From positions 5,024,001-5,088,000 of the forward strand of contig CBDCOX010000002.1 of assembly GCA_965219995.1 (NCBI GenBank): DNA of 64,000 nucleotides. The letters run 5' to 3'. Positions 42,448 to 51,670 of the stretch are shown here, piece after piece. A model generated the notes under the pieces. That model saw nothing but the letters and a program-made list of their open reading frames with translations. It had not been told where the DNA came from and made no database searches. Positions within the stretch are counted from its first letter, which is position 1, and the number at the start of each line of letters is the position of its first letter. The position numbers and the translations under genes were made by a program. The DNA comes from Candidatus Latescibacterota bacterium. Lineage in GTDB: Bacteria; Latescibacterota; UBA2968; GCA-2709665.

Positions 42448-43485
42448 TTAGTCTGCGTACGCCAGGTCTTGGAGAACAGAGGCGTCCGAGACGCGGTTTG
42501 AAATGTCCACATTGAAGAACTGTTCGATGGGCGCAAAGAGTTCAGGATTCCTGTCCTGCACGGTTCGCGCGATTTCGAGCACCTGAATCAGACCGTCCCG
42601 GTTCATCAGGCCCAGCGGCCGCCGGCACGGTCCGGCGGGCATGCCGAGGATATTCATCAACGTCTTTATGGGCACGGGGTTGCGGGCTTTGACCTGCGTC
42701 GTTCCGAAGGGTGTCTCTTCGTCCGAAAGGACGGTGACCATTCCGAAGAGGGGCCTGAGCGCATCCGCGAGGAGGTCCGCTTCATCCATATCGCCGTTGA
42801 GAATGGCCTGCGTGAAACGCTGTATGGGTCCGGGGACCACGTTGGACATCACGGAAATGACGCCGGCCGCACGGATTCGGGCGTCGGTCATCATGGCATA
42901 GGTGATGTCGTCGTCCCCTGAGAGAATGTAGAAATCGTCCCCGCAGACAACACGCGTCCGGGCCATGTTTTCCAGGTCGCCCGTGGCTTCTTTGACGGCA
43001 TTGACGTTATCGCAACCGCGGTGCAGGATGGCCAGGTCTTCCGGGAGCAGTTTCGTTCCCGAACGGCCCGGAATGACGTAGGAGACCATCTGAATTTCGG
43101 GAAATGCTTCGGCGACTGGCGCGACGTATTCCCGGCGGATTTCAAGCGAACTGGGACCGTTGTAATAGGGATCCACCAGCAGCGCGGTATCGGCGCCGGC
43201 GTGCGCGGCGTGCTCCGTGGCGCGCAGCGTTTCCTCCGTGGAATTCCCTCCGGTGCCGGCGATGGCGCGGCACTTCCCCCGGGCCAGCGCGCAGACCCGA
43301 TCCGTGACGCTGTTGTGTTCTCTACTGTCCAGGGTTGGGCTTTCGCCGGTGGTACCCACCGCCAGAACGCCGCTGACACCCTGCGATATCTGGAAATCGA
43401 CCAGCCTTTCCAGCCCCGGTTCGTCCACGCCTTTGTCGGCGTCCAGGGGAGTGATGAGAGCCGTATAACACCCGCTGAATAACAT
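42448..43485 (-). CDS. dapA: 4-hydroxy-tetrahydrodipicolinate synthase (long form)
   Basis: GTTGES, PYYN, YVIPGRS, VKEATG, SGDD, GVISV; start ATG 43485 with GGAGG. Confidence 0.9.
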   Translation of the reverse strand: MLFSGCYTALITPLDADKGVDEPGLERLVDFQISQGVSGVLAVGTTGESPTLDSREHNSVTDRVCALARGKCRAIAGTGGNSTEETLRATEHAAHAGADTALLVDPYYNGPSSLEIRREYVAPVAEAFPEIQMVSYVIPGRSGTKLLPEDLAILHRGCDNVNAVKEATGDLENMARTRVVCGDDFYILSGDDDITYAMMTDARIRAAGVISVMSNVVPGPIQRFTQAILNGDMDEADLLADALRPLFGMVTVLSDEETPFGTTQVKARNPVPIKTLMNILGMPAGPCRRPLGLMNRDGLIQVLEIARTVQDRNPELFAPIEQFFNVDISNRVSDASVLQDLAYAD

Positions 43486-43529
43486 GGGGTCACCTCCAGG
43501 TGAAATTTGGGGGAACCGGATTGTCATTC

Positions 43530-43582
43530 AGGGCAAAAAAAACAGCCGGTTCCCGAGGAGAATGGAGGCAAGGCCGGCCGTG
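43530..43582 (-). terminator. riboswitch expression-platform terminator
   Basis: Minus strand CGGCCGG...CCGGCTG followed by a T-run, between the aptamer and dapA. Confidence 0.55.
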
Positions 43583-43602
43583 CAAGGTCCAGCATGGATG
43601 GC

Positions 43603-43779
43603 GCAAGAGAGCACTCCACGGAGGATTCCGTGACAGTCCAGCGGATCTTATCCGAGTGGACCAGTCCCTATCTGCGGCGGAGCGGATTCGGGACTTCGGC
43701 AGGCTTCCCCTTTTGCCGATGCGATGGTTACGCCTCGTTGTCACCGGGTACTATTGAAAACCTGCGCCTCTACCCTTGC
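43603..43779 (-). ncRNA. lysine riboswitch (L-box)
   Basis: Minus strand: GTAGAGGCGC...AATAGTA...AAAGGGGAAGCCTGCCGAAG...GACTGG...GGACTGTCAC..GTGGAGTGCT; P1 GCAAGGG/CTCTTGC; upstream of dapA. Confidence 0.9.
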
Positions 43780-43794
43780 CTGTCGGAAAGCAAC

Positions 43795-43823
43795 AAATTA
43801 GCCAATGGCCCGGCCTGTGTCAA
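43795..43823 (-). promoter_or_regulatory. sigma70 promoter of the lysine riboswitch leader
   Basis: TTGACA-N17-TAATTT on the minus strand, just 5' of the aptamer. Confidence 0.7.
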
Positions 43824-44027
43824 GTGGAAAGATGGAACGCGGAACCCCATGTCGGGTGATCGGGGAGGGCCGGGAAGGCCTTCCAGTCGCGAAATGTGCG
43901 ATCTGTCGACCTGTTTTCGCTTTTCTTTATTCACTCCGTAGCCTATATTCCGTCTTTCGGTTTCCGGCGGTCTTCCGGCCTTGAACGGGCTGCCCGCCGG
44001 CAATGGCTATCCCACGGAAGGACGGTT

Positions 44028-45275
44028 ATGCATCCCGGTGAACCGCAGCGACATACGTTGAACAATGGAACTGAGGTCGTCGCAGAGTCCATGCCCGGCG
44101 CCCAATCCGTCGTAGTTGCGTTCCGTTTCGGCTTCGGGGCGAAAGACGATCCTGACGACCGGCTGGGCCTGGCCTGGGTCGCCGAGGAAACGCTTCTGAA
44201 GGGCACGCCGACGCGCGACGCGCGCTCGATCTACGACGCCTTCGATTCCCTTGGCGTGCGACGGGGGTCCGCGACGGCCGTTGAATTCATGGAGTTCCAG
44301 GCACAGCTGCTGCCCAGACATTTTCTGGAAGGCCTCATGCTTTACGCCGAAGTGTTCCGCAACGCATCGTTTTCCGATGAACAGGTTGAGGTGACGAAAG
44401 CGCTTGCGCTGGAGGAACTGAAGCGACTGGAAGACAATCCGACGCACCAGGTCATGTATATGACCTATCAGGCCGGCCTGGGGGATCCGATGGGGCGGAA
44501 TCCGCTGGGAGAAGCCCCGACGATTGCCGCTATCGACCCGTCTGACGTCCGCGATTTCTGGCGGCGACTGTGCGGCCCGCAGCATCTTCTGGTTTCTGTG
44601 GCCGGCGGGCTGAAGGCGGAAGAGATGTTCAGCGCGGTGGACGAGGCTTTCGGCGACTGGGGCCGGTCCGGGCCGCCGTCCGGCAGTCCGCAACCGGTAT
44701 CCGTGGCGGACAGGGCGGTACACCATCCCAAGGAATCCGAGCAGGCCCACATCGGCATTCTCTTCGAGGCCGCGCCACGGGGCCACGAGTTCTACTTTCC
44801 GGCCCAGCTGGCGGTGTCCGTACTCTCGGGCAGCGGGTCCAGCCGGCTGTTCACCGAGGTCAGGGAGAAGCGGGGACTGGCCTACAGTGTCTCGGCCTCC
44901 TATCGGGCGCGTCGGGGCGGCGGTCTGATTGCGCTGTATGCCGGCACCACGGCCGAACGCGCGGATGAAACCCTTGCCGTGTGCCGGCGTGAGGTCGGGC
45001 GGCTCGCGGAGGACGTGACGCAGGCCGAACTCGACCGGGCGAAGACCGTCCTGAAGGGTCAGTTGTTCACGACCGGCGATTTGCCGGAAGGCCGCGTGGG
45101 CAGTATGATGGACGGCCTGTTTCTGGATGGGCGGCCGCGTTCCATTCACCGGATTGCGGAAGGGATCGACGGCGTGACGCTGGATCGTGTGCCGGCCTGT
45201 CTCGATGCGTTTCCGCCGTCGCCGGCCACGATCGTTACACTGGGGCCGCGAGCCCTGGACGTACAGAGTACCTGA
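44028..45275 (+). CDS. M16B peptidase, non-catalytic subunit
   Basis: HxxEH replaced by WVAEE; retains SSRLFTEVREKRGLAY. Confidence 0.85.
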   Translation: MHPGEPQRHTLNNGTEVVAESMPGAQSVVVAFRFGFGAKDDPDDRLGLAWVAEETLLKGTPTRDARSIYDAFDSLGVRRGSATAVEFMEFQAQLLPRHFLEGLMLYAEVFRNASFSDEQVEVTKALALEELKRLEDNPTHQVMYMTYQAGLGDPMGRNPLGEAPTIAAIDPSDVRDFWRRLCGPQHLLVSVAGGLKAEEMFSAVDEAFGDWGRSGPPSGSPQPVSVADRAVHHPKESEQAHIGILFEAAPRGHEFYFPAQLAVSVLSGSGSSRLFTEVREKRGLAYSVSASYRARRGGGLIALYAGTTAERADETLAVCRREVGRLAEDVTQAELDRAKTVLKGQLFTTGDLPEGRVGSMMDGLFLDGRPRSIHRIAEGIDGVTLDRVPACLDAFPPSPATIVTLGPRALDVQST

Positions 45276-45296
45276 GCAGAATCACGGGAGATTTCC

Positions 45297-46529
45297 ATGC
45301 AGTCAACGTTTTCCACCCACACGCTCGACAACGGTCTTCAGCTGGTATTTGAGGCGATTCCCAGGATAAACTCCGCAGCACTGGGATTCTACGTCCATAC
45401 CGGCTCGCGCGACGAGCCCGCAAACCTGGCCGGCGTGTCGCATTTTCTGGAACATATGTGCTTCAAGGGAACGGCAAGCCGGGACTGGCGCCAGCTGAGT
45501 CTCGACGTCGACGATCTGGGTGCGATGTGGAATGCGTATACCTGGTGGGAGGGCACGGCCTATTTTCACTGGGTTCAGAGCGAACGGGCCGCGAATTCGG
45601 CGGAAATCCTGGCCGACATGATGCGGTCCACGCTGCCGGAAGACCAGTTCGACATGGAGAAGAAGGTCATCCTCGAAGAGATCGCGATGTACCGCGATCG
45701 GCCCGACGCGCTGATTATCGACGAACTGATTCAGGAAGCGTTCGCGGGCCACCCGCTCGGACAGAGCGTGCTTGGCACCGAGCACACCGTCGGGTCAATC
45801 TCCCGGGAGCAGATGTCGGGATACTTCGGGGATCGATACGCGCCGGACAACATGTCGTTCGTCGTGACCGGCAGATTCGACCGTGACGAGATGATTCGCG
45901 TGGCCGACGCGCAATGCGGCGCCTGGAAGCCGCGGGAGGCGGCTCGGGAGCAGGTGGCGCCGGAATTCCGGCCCTGCAGGAGCGTTCTGGAGCGCCCGAA
46001 CGTGATCCGGGAGCATATCGCCATGGCCTGGCCCGCGCCGTGCGAATCCGATGAATGGGCTGCGACCGCCGATCTGCTTTCCCACTACCTCGGCGCGGCC
46101 ACCAACAGCCGTCTGTTCTGGTCGGTTGTCCAGCAGGGGCTTGCTGACGAGGCGTCGGCTGACTTTTGCGGGTTCAGCGACACCGGTCTGTTCTATGTGT
46201 ACGTCTCGGTGGATCCGAAAAACGTCTCGCAGGTGCTGGAAATCGTGCGGCGGGAAATCGACGCGCTCAAGCGGGGTGTGGACGGGGAAGCCCTTGCGAG
46301 GTCCAGGACCAGGCAGGCGACCGCCCTCGTAATCGGGGGCGAGCACGGCCTCCGGCGGTTCTCGCAGATCGTTGGAAGCCTGAGTACCGGTACACCGCTG
46401 AAAACGCTGGAGGAGGAACTGGCCGAGATCGACGCCGTGACGCCGAAACGGGTCGCCGAGTACCTGGAGCGTCACCCGCTCAACGGTGAAGCGGCGATGG
46501 TCGCGCTCGGGCCGTTGACGTCGATATGA
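45297..46529 (+). CDS. M16B zinc peptidase, catalytic subunit
   Basis: GSRDE, HFLEHMCFKG, NAYT, EKKVILEEI. Confidence 0.9.
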   Translation: MQSTFSTHTLDNGLQLVFEAIPRINSAALGFYVHTGSRDEPANLAGVSHFLEHMCFKGTASRDWRQLSLDVDDLGAMWNAYTWWEGTAYFHWVQSERAANSAEILADMMRSTLPEDQFDMEKKVILEEIAMYRDRPDALIIDELIQEAFAGHPLGQSVLGTEHTVGSISREQMSGYFGDRYAPDNMSFVVTGRFDRDEMIRVADAQCGAWKPREAAREQVAPEFRPCRSVLERPNVIREHIAMAWPAPCESDEWAATADLLSHYLGAATNSRLFWSVVQQGLADEASADFCGFSDTGLFYVYVSVDPKNVSQVLEIVRREIDALKRGVDGEALARSRTRQATALVIGGEHGLRRFSQIVGSLSTGTPLKTLEEELAEIDAVTPKRVAEYLERHPLNGEAAMVALGPLTSI

Positions 46530-46544
46530 GCGGCGATGGGGGGT

Positions 46545-47768
46545 TCAGGCGTAGCGGGCGAGGACGTCGTCGAGGGAGCGGGCGGGCTTGAAAAAGGAGA
46601 GGACGCGCAGCAGTACCGCGTCGACGATAGCGTCCGGGCAGGAAGCGCCGGATGTCAGCGCCATGGTCAAGGGTCGATTTTCCGGAATCCAGTCCGTCGT
46701 CAAGGCGGTTTTTTTTGTTTCAAGGTTGAAGTGGCGGATCATGGATTCCGAACGGATCTCATCGGCGTCTTTGATAAAATAGGTGGGCATCCGTTCAAGG
46801 CAGAGCTCCACGATATGCGACGTGTTGGACGAGTTGTAACCACCGACGACGAGCGCCAGGTCGGCGTCCTGGTCGACCAGGGCATAGGTCGCGTTCTGGT
46901 TTTCATTGGTCGCGTAGCAGAGCGTATCCGACGTGTCGGCGTAATGATTCTGCAGGTTTTCCTCACCGTGACGGTCCACGAGGGCTTCCCGGATGACCTC
47001 TGCGATTTGCCTCGTCTCGGCAGCCAGCATGGTGGTCTGATTGACGATTCCGATGCGCTTGAGGTGCAGATCCGGGTCGAAGCCTTCGGAGCACTTGTGG
47101 CCGAATCGTTCGAAGAAAGCCTCGCGGTCTGAGGCGCCCCGGATGAAGTCGGCGAGTATGTGCGTCTCCTCCACGTCCATGACCACAACCGTAGGCGCGT
47201 TTCGGACGCTGTGGGAGAAGGTGGCGCGGGTCTCCTGGTGGGCGTCGTTACCGTGCACGACCACGGAGAATCCCGAATCGCCCAGTTTGACGCTGCGGTT
47301 CCAGACCCGCTCCACAAAGGGACACGTCGTGTTGTACGTGTAGGCGTCGATACCGCGGGCGGCAAGGGCTTCCTGTATTTCCAATGTGGTACCGAACGCG
47401 GGCACCACAACGATGTCTTCCTGAGAAAGATGTTCCCACGGGATGAGTTGCATGCCGTACGGGTCGAAGATAAACTCCACGCCCCGGTCCTTCAGGTCGT
47501 TGTTGACGTTCGAATTGTGAATCATCTCGTTGAGGAAGTAGATGCGCTGATCCGGGTGTTCGTCCAGGGTCTTGTATGCGATTTCGATTGCGTTTTCCAC
47601 CCCGAAGCAGAACCCGAAATGCCGGGCCAGCAGAAACCGGACCGGGCCGAAGTCGAGCACTGAAGGCGAGAGATCCCGTTTGCGCATGTCCTGCATCTGC
47701 CTGAACGCCTTCACGCGTGAGATAACAGGACTCTTGTAGAAATCAGGAATGTCGAACTGGCGTGCCAT
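46545..47768 (-). CDS. ispH: 4-hydroxy-3-methylbut-2-enyl diphosphate reductase (long form)
   Basis: FGFCFGV, EMIHN, TTCPFV, NQTTM, TLCYATNENQ, SSNT, TSGASCPD. Confidence 0.95.
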   Translation of the reverse strand: MARQFDIPDFYKSPVISRVKAFRQMQDMRKRDLSPSVLDFGPVRFLLARHFGFCFGVENAIEIAYKTLDEHPDQRIYFLNEMIHNSNVNNDLKDRGVEFIFDPYGMQLIPWEHLSQEDIVVVPAFGTTLEIQEALAARGIDAYTYNTTCPFVERVWNRSVKLGDSGFSVVVHGNDAHQETRATFSHSVRNAPTVVVMDVEETHILADFIRGASDREAFFERFGHKCSEGFDPDLHLKRIGIVNQTTMLAAETRQIAEVIREALVDRHGEENLQNHYADTSDTLCYATNENQNATYALVDQDADLALVVGGYNSSNTSHIVELCLERMPTYFIKDADEIRSESMIRHFNLETKKTALTTDWIPENRPLTMALTSGASCPDAIVDAVLLRVLSFFKPARSLDDVLARYA

Positions 47769-47843
47769 GATTCGGCTCCGGCCTGTGAATCGGACCCGTC
47801 CGGCAAGCAATGAGCCGGGGGCCCGCATTATCCACCCGCACCT

Positions 47844-48290
47844 CTATCGTCCGGTACTCCCGAATCCGCCGCGATCCGGTGCGCCGAGGGTTTCGGTCTC
47901 TGTCCAGTCGGCCTGGACGATACGGACGAAAATCCCCTGTGCGAGCCGTTCGCGGCGCTGAACGTTCACCGGACGACCTGTAAAGTTGTAGACCTGGACG
48001 TGGATCTCGTCGTTTGGACCCCGGTAATCCTGATCGACAATGCCCACGCCGTTCGGTACCATCAGGCCCTTTCTGCGCGGGAGGCTGCTGCGGGCCGCAA
48101 GCAGGAGCATGTAACCGGGAGGTACCGCAACGATGAGATTGGCCGGAACAAGACGGATTTCGCCCGGCGGGACGACCATGTCCTTCCGGCAAAGCAGATC
48201 GAATCCGACCGAACCCGGTGTCTGGTGGCGCGGCAGAGGCAGCGTCGGGTCCACTCGTCTGACCTGGATTTTCTTGACTGGCTCGCTCAG
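47844..48290 (-). CDS. dut: dUTP diphosphatase
   Basis: GSVGFDL, RSSL, GIVDQDYRG, RLAQ, RGGFGSTG; start probably CTG 48290 (ORF track uses GTG 48254). Confidence 0.92.
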   Translation of the reverse strand: MSEPVKKIQVRRVDPTLPLPRHQTPGSVGFDLLCRKDMVVPPGEIRLVPANLIVAVPPGYMLLLAARSSLPRRKGLMVPNGVGIVDQDYRGPNDEIHVQVYNFTGRPVNVQRRERLAQGIFVRIVQADWTETETLGAPDRGGFGSTGR

Positions 48291-48329
48291 TATCCCGCTT
48301 CCTTTCGGTGCTGGACTGTCGATGTGACA

Positions 48330-48358
48330 ATGTTAACCATCGGGTCGCGGGCTGTCAA
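48330..48358 (-). promoter_or_regulatory. sigma70 promoter of dut-ispH
   Basis: TTGACA-N17-TAACAT on the minus strand. Confidence 0.65.
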
Positions 48359-48445
48359 TAGTTTTCCTGAAATCAGCGCCGGATTCCGTCGATTCTTCCT
48401 GCCGTTATGGCTTGACATTCCGGGTTCCCGTTGCAATCATATACC

Positions 48446-48571
48446 GCATCCGCGTTTGGTGCGAAAGAGGTTACCCGAGGGGCGACGCCGGTGCCCGGAA
48501 GGCGCCTCGCGGCCGCGCGCAGGTGGGCGGTCCGGGCGGGTCCCCGGACGATCCTCAATCGCCGCGGGTGC
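48446..48571 (+). ncRNA. candidate structured 5' leader RNA, family not recognised
   Basis: Closing stem GCATCCGCG/CGCGGGTGC, then GCGA/TCGC, GAGG/CCTC, inner arms CGAGG/CCTCG and GTCCGG/CCGGAC; downstream of TTGACA at 48412. Confidence 0.35.
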
Positions 48572-48605
48572 TGGGTTGAAGTACGATCCACGAGGTGAAT
48601 TACGG

Positions 48606-50561
48606 ATGGAAAGTCGATACGAGCGGTGGACGCGTCATCTGCTGCCGCTGCCTCACGAGATCGCGTTCGAAGGCGATATTGAATGCCGACCCGAACAGGT
48701 TTCGATTGTGGTCAGGCCCGGAGCGGGCGCGGTCGAGACACATGCGGCAGCGATGCTGGAACGCCTGTGCGCCACCGGCGAGGGTCCGATGCCCGCGGGA
48801 GGGGTTTTCGAAGTCTCGATCGGGCTGGTGGAACGCGGTCCGGACGCGGATTTGCTGCGGGGGTTGCCGAATTGCAATCAGGCATATACCATCCGGCCGG
48901 AGGGGCGGCGGCGCCTCGTGCTTGCCGCGTTGGCCGATCCCGGAATTTCGTACGCGGCCCGGACACTCTGCCAGTTGCTGGAACCGATGCTGACGCCCGG
49001 AGGCATCCGCATTCCGCTCGTTTCGGTGACCGATTGGCCGGATCTGGACGAACGCGGGATGTGGAACTTTCCACCGCCGGAGGAATGGATTCCGTGGATG
49101 GCGTCAATGAAATTGAACTACGGAAAAATGGCCACCACGGAACTGTCCAGGGTGGTGCGAGGGAAGGCCAACCGCGCCAGGATCGACACAGCGCTGATGG
49201 AAAAGGCTCGCCTGCTGGGATTTCACTATGTGCCGATGATCACCCATCTGAATTTCCTGCATGAACGCGGCCTGTACCGGGCCTATCCCGAGTTGGCGGG
49301 CAAGGGCGACGGGGCGCTGGCCGGGCGGTATTTCGCTCACAAGCAGGGCAAACAGCATCGGGCGCCCTGCGCATCCAATCCCCTGCTCGTGGATATCCTG
49401 GCCGAGTGGATGTCGGACATCGCATCCCAGGGCGCGCTGGAGGTGGGCTGCTGGCTGACCGAGCGGCCCGCCCAGTGTGAATGCGGCGACTGCACGTCAC
49501 GCGGGCAGTTTGTGCTCGAAGCCAGGGCGTTCGTACACGCCTGGAAGCGGATTCGTCCCCGGTATCCCGGGTTCAACATTCGCGTGTTTCTGTCGACCAC
49601 GACGTCTGAGCGGGACTACCGGGTCGTGGCGGAGTTGCCGCCAGAGGTCAAGATCGAACGTGCATGCGCAACCGAAATGGAGCGCGTGCCGCACCTGCCC
49701 CGGGATCTGGCGGCCAATCCCCTTCTGGATCACCTTGCATCGCAGGGTCGCTGGATCGCCAGCTACGACGTGCCGATCAACGCGAACGGACGGGTGGATA
49801 CCCCCGAATTCAAGGTTCCGCAGTCGTCACCGCATCGGATCCGGGACTACGTGGGTCAGCTGATTCGCAGGCAATACAGCGGGGCCTACGGAATGATGGC
49901 GTGGGTCGGCAGGGGAAAGGAGACGTGCGGGTACAACGTCGCGGCCCTGGCGGAATATTCGTGGAACCTGAACGGACGCAGCGAACGGGAGTTCGCCGTG
50001 GCGTGGGCCACGCGGGAAGGGTATCGGGACGCCGACGCGTTCGGAGAATGGTCGGAACGGACAGGACCCGTGGCGTTCGACGTCTACGATTCCGATTTCC
50101 CGATCTGTTATTCCTGGGGCAAAGCGGCTGAGATGATTCGGCAAAAGGAGCGGCCGTATCTCGGCGAGGGCATGTTCCGTTATTTTGAAGATGAACAGGC
50201 CTTCGAGCAAAAGGCTGACGGGTGCCGCCAGGCGATCCGGATCGCTTCTGAATTCGAGCGTCCGCATTGCGCCAATGAGACACGTGTGGTGATGACCTAC
50301 GTGGAACTGGCCCGGTGCGTCTATCGCGTCGCGGAACAGGTGGCGACGTGCGACCTGGCCGACTTCGACGTTCAGACCCGGCTTCATGCCGCCCTCGAAT
50401 CGCTCGAAAAAGCAGGCCGGGACAACGTTGCGGCGATCCGAAACTGGCGGGCGGCACTGGGACCGGAACCGTGGCACGCTCGGGTCCACGATGCGATTCG
50501 AGGTACGGAGACAACCGTTGGCGAGATTGCAGGGTTCCTGCGGGATCGATATTTGTATTAG
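48606..50561 (+). CDS. cytoplasmic protein with GH20-like N-terminal domain and probable TIM barrel
   Basis: LLPLPHEI, QAYTI, YAARTLCQL, DWPDLDERG (typical GH20 domain-2 junction); CECGDC; start ATG 48606 (GAGGTG SD). Confidence 0.65.
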   Translation: MESRYERWTRHLLPLPHEIAFEGDIECRPEQVSIVVRPGAGAVETHAAAMLERLCATGEGPMPAGGVFEVSIGLVERGPDADLLRGLPNCNQAYTIRPEGRRRLVLAALADPGISYAARTLCQLLEPMLTPGGIRIPLVSVTDWPDLDERGMWNFPPPEEWIPWMASMKLNYGKMATTELSRVVRGKANRARIDTALMEKARLLGFHYVPMITHLNFLHERGLYRAYPELAGKGDGALAGRYFAHKQGKQHRAPCASNPLLVDILAEWMSDIASQGALEVGCWLTERPAQCECGDCTSRGQFVLEARAFVHAWKRIRPRYPGFNIRVFLSTTTSERDYRVVAELPPEVKIERACATEMERVPHLPRDLAANPLLDHLASQGRWIASYDVPINANGRVDTPEFKVPQSSPHRIRDYVGQLIRRQYSGAYGMMAWVGRGKETCGYNVAALAEYSWNLNGRSEREFAVAWATREGYRDADAFGEWSERTGPVAFDVYDSDFPICYSWGKAAEMIRQKERPYLGEGMFRYFEDEQAFEQKADGCRQAIRIASEFERPHCANETRVVMTYVELARCVYRVAEQVATCDLADFDVQTRLHAALESLEKAGRDNVAAIRNWRAALGPEPWHARVHDAIRGTETTVGEIAGFLRDRYLY

Positions 50562-50593
50562 CCGGAGGCGAACCGCGCCTTCAAGGAACTAAG

Positions 50594-51649
50594 ATGCCGA
50601 TTTTGTCGCATGAAACCTTAAGAAAATGCGGGTACGCGGTATTTGTTGCCGCCGGGCTGCCGGAAGACCAGGCGCGGATCGTAACCGATCATCTCGTGGA
50701 TGCGAATCTGATGGGGCACGACTCCCACGGCATCCACCGGATGCCTGGCTATGCGCGCGGCGTGAAGGCGGGGACGATCAAGCCCGCCGGAAACCATGAA
50801 GTGGTACGGGAGACGCCGGCTTCCCTGACCATCGACGCCGGCGCAGGAATCGGCATCGTGGTGGCCAATATCGCCATGCGCATGGCAGTAGACCGCGCCC
50901 TTGAGCACACGCTCGGTGCGGTTGCGGTCCATCGGTCCGGACACATCGGCAGGCTGGGAGACTTTCCGTCCATTGCGGCAGCGCGCGATTGTATCGGAAT
51001 CCTGATATTGAACGGAGGAGGACGGTTCGCGGCGCCCTTCGGCGGCACAGCCCAGCGGCTGCCCCCCAACCCGATCGCGATCGGCGTCCCCACCGGAGAC
51101 GGTCCGCCCATGACGCTGGATATCACGACCAGCATGGTGGCAGGCGGCAAGGTGGACATCTGCCGCTTGCGGAAACAACGATTGCCCGAAGGCTGGATGG
51201 TCGACCTGGATGGAAACACCGTCACCGATCCTGAGGAATTCTACGCCGGAAACGCGGCCATGCTGCCCCTGGGAGGCCCGGTGGGCCATAAGGGGTACGG
51301 TCTGGCGATGATGATCGACGCCATCGCGGGCGGACTATCCTGGGCCGGATGCAGTACGGAGGCGCCCACGCGGGGCGCGAGCGGGTTTCTTGCATTGGCA
51401 ATAAAGATCGAGAGCTTCGTGGACGTTGACGATTTCAAGTCGGAGGTGGGGAAACTGATCGATTGGGTGAAATCGTCGCCGAAGATGCCAGGGGTAGAGA
51501 CGATCTACGTGCCGGGAGAGATTGAAGCGGAGACGCGAAGGGAACGGGAGTCCGAAGGGGTGTACCTGGAGGACGCGACGTGGTCGGAGATCCGTTCCGT
51601 GGCCGAAGAAATGGGCGTGTCGGTGTCGGACACGGGCGCCGTGGCGTAA
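50594..51649 (+). CDS. Ldh_2-family NAD(P)H oxidoreductase (ComC/AllD/YbiC-like)
   Basis: GHDSHG, GHIGRL, NPIAIG, LDITTS, GHKGYGL, YVPGE. Confidence 0.92.
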   Translation: MPILSHETLRKCGYAVFVAAGLPEDQARIVTDHLVDANLMGHDSHGIHRMPGYARGVKAGTIKPAGNHEVVRETPASLTIDAGAGIGIVVANIAMRMAVDRALEHTLGAVAVHRSGHIGRLGDFPSIAAARDCIGILILNGGGRFAAPFGGTAQRLPPNPIAIGVPTGDGPPMTLDITTSMVAGGKVDICRLRKQRLPEGWMVDLDGNTVTDPEEFYAGNAAMLPLGGPVGHKGYGLAMMIDAIAGGLSWAGCSTEAPTRGASGFLALAIKIESFVDVDDFKSEVGKLIDWVKSSPKMPGVETIYVPGEIEAETRRERESEGVYLEDATWSEIRSVAEEMGVSVSDTGAVA

Positions 51650-51670
51650 ATCTAACAATGGAGAACAGGC

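Noticed and set aside
48000-48605. N-terminal 200 aa of the 853-aa ORF
   Set aside because: Overlaps dut on the opposite strand and two promoters; SD-supported start is 48606
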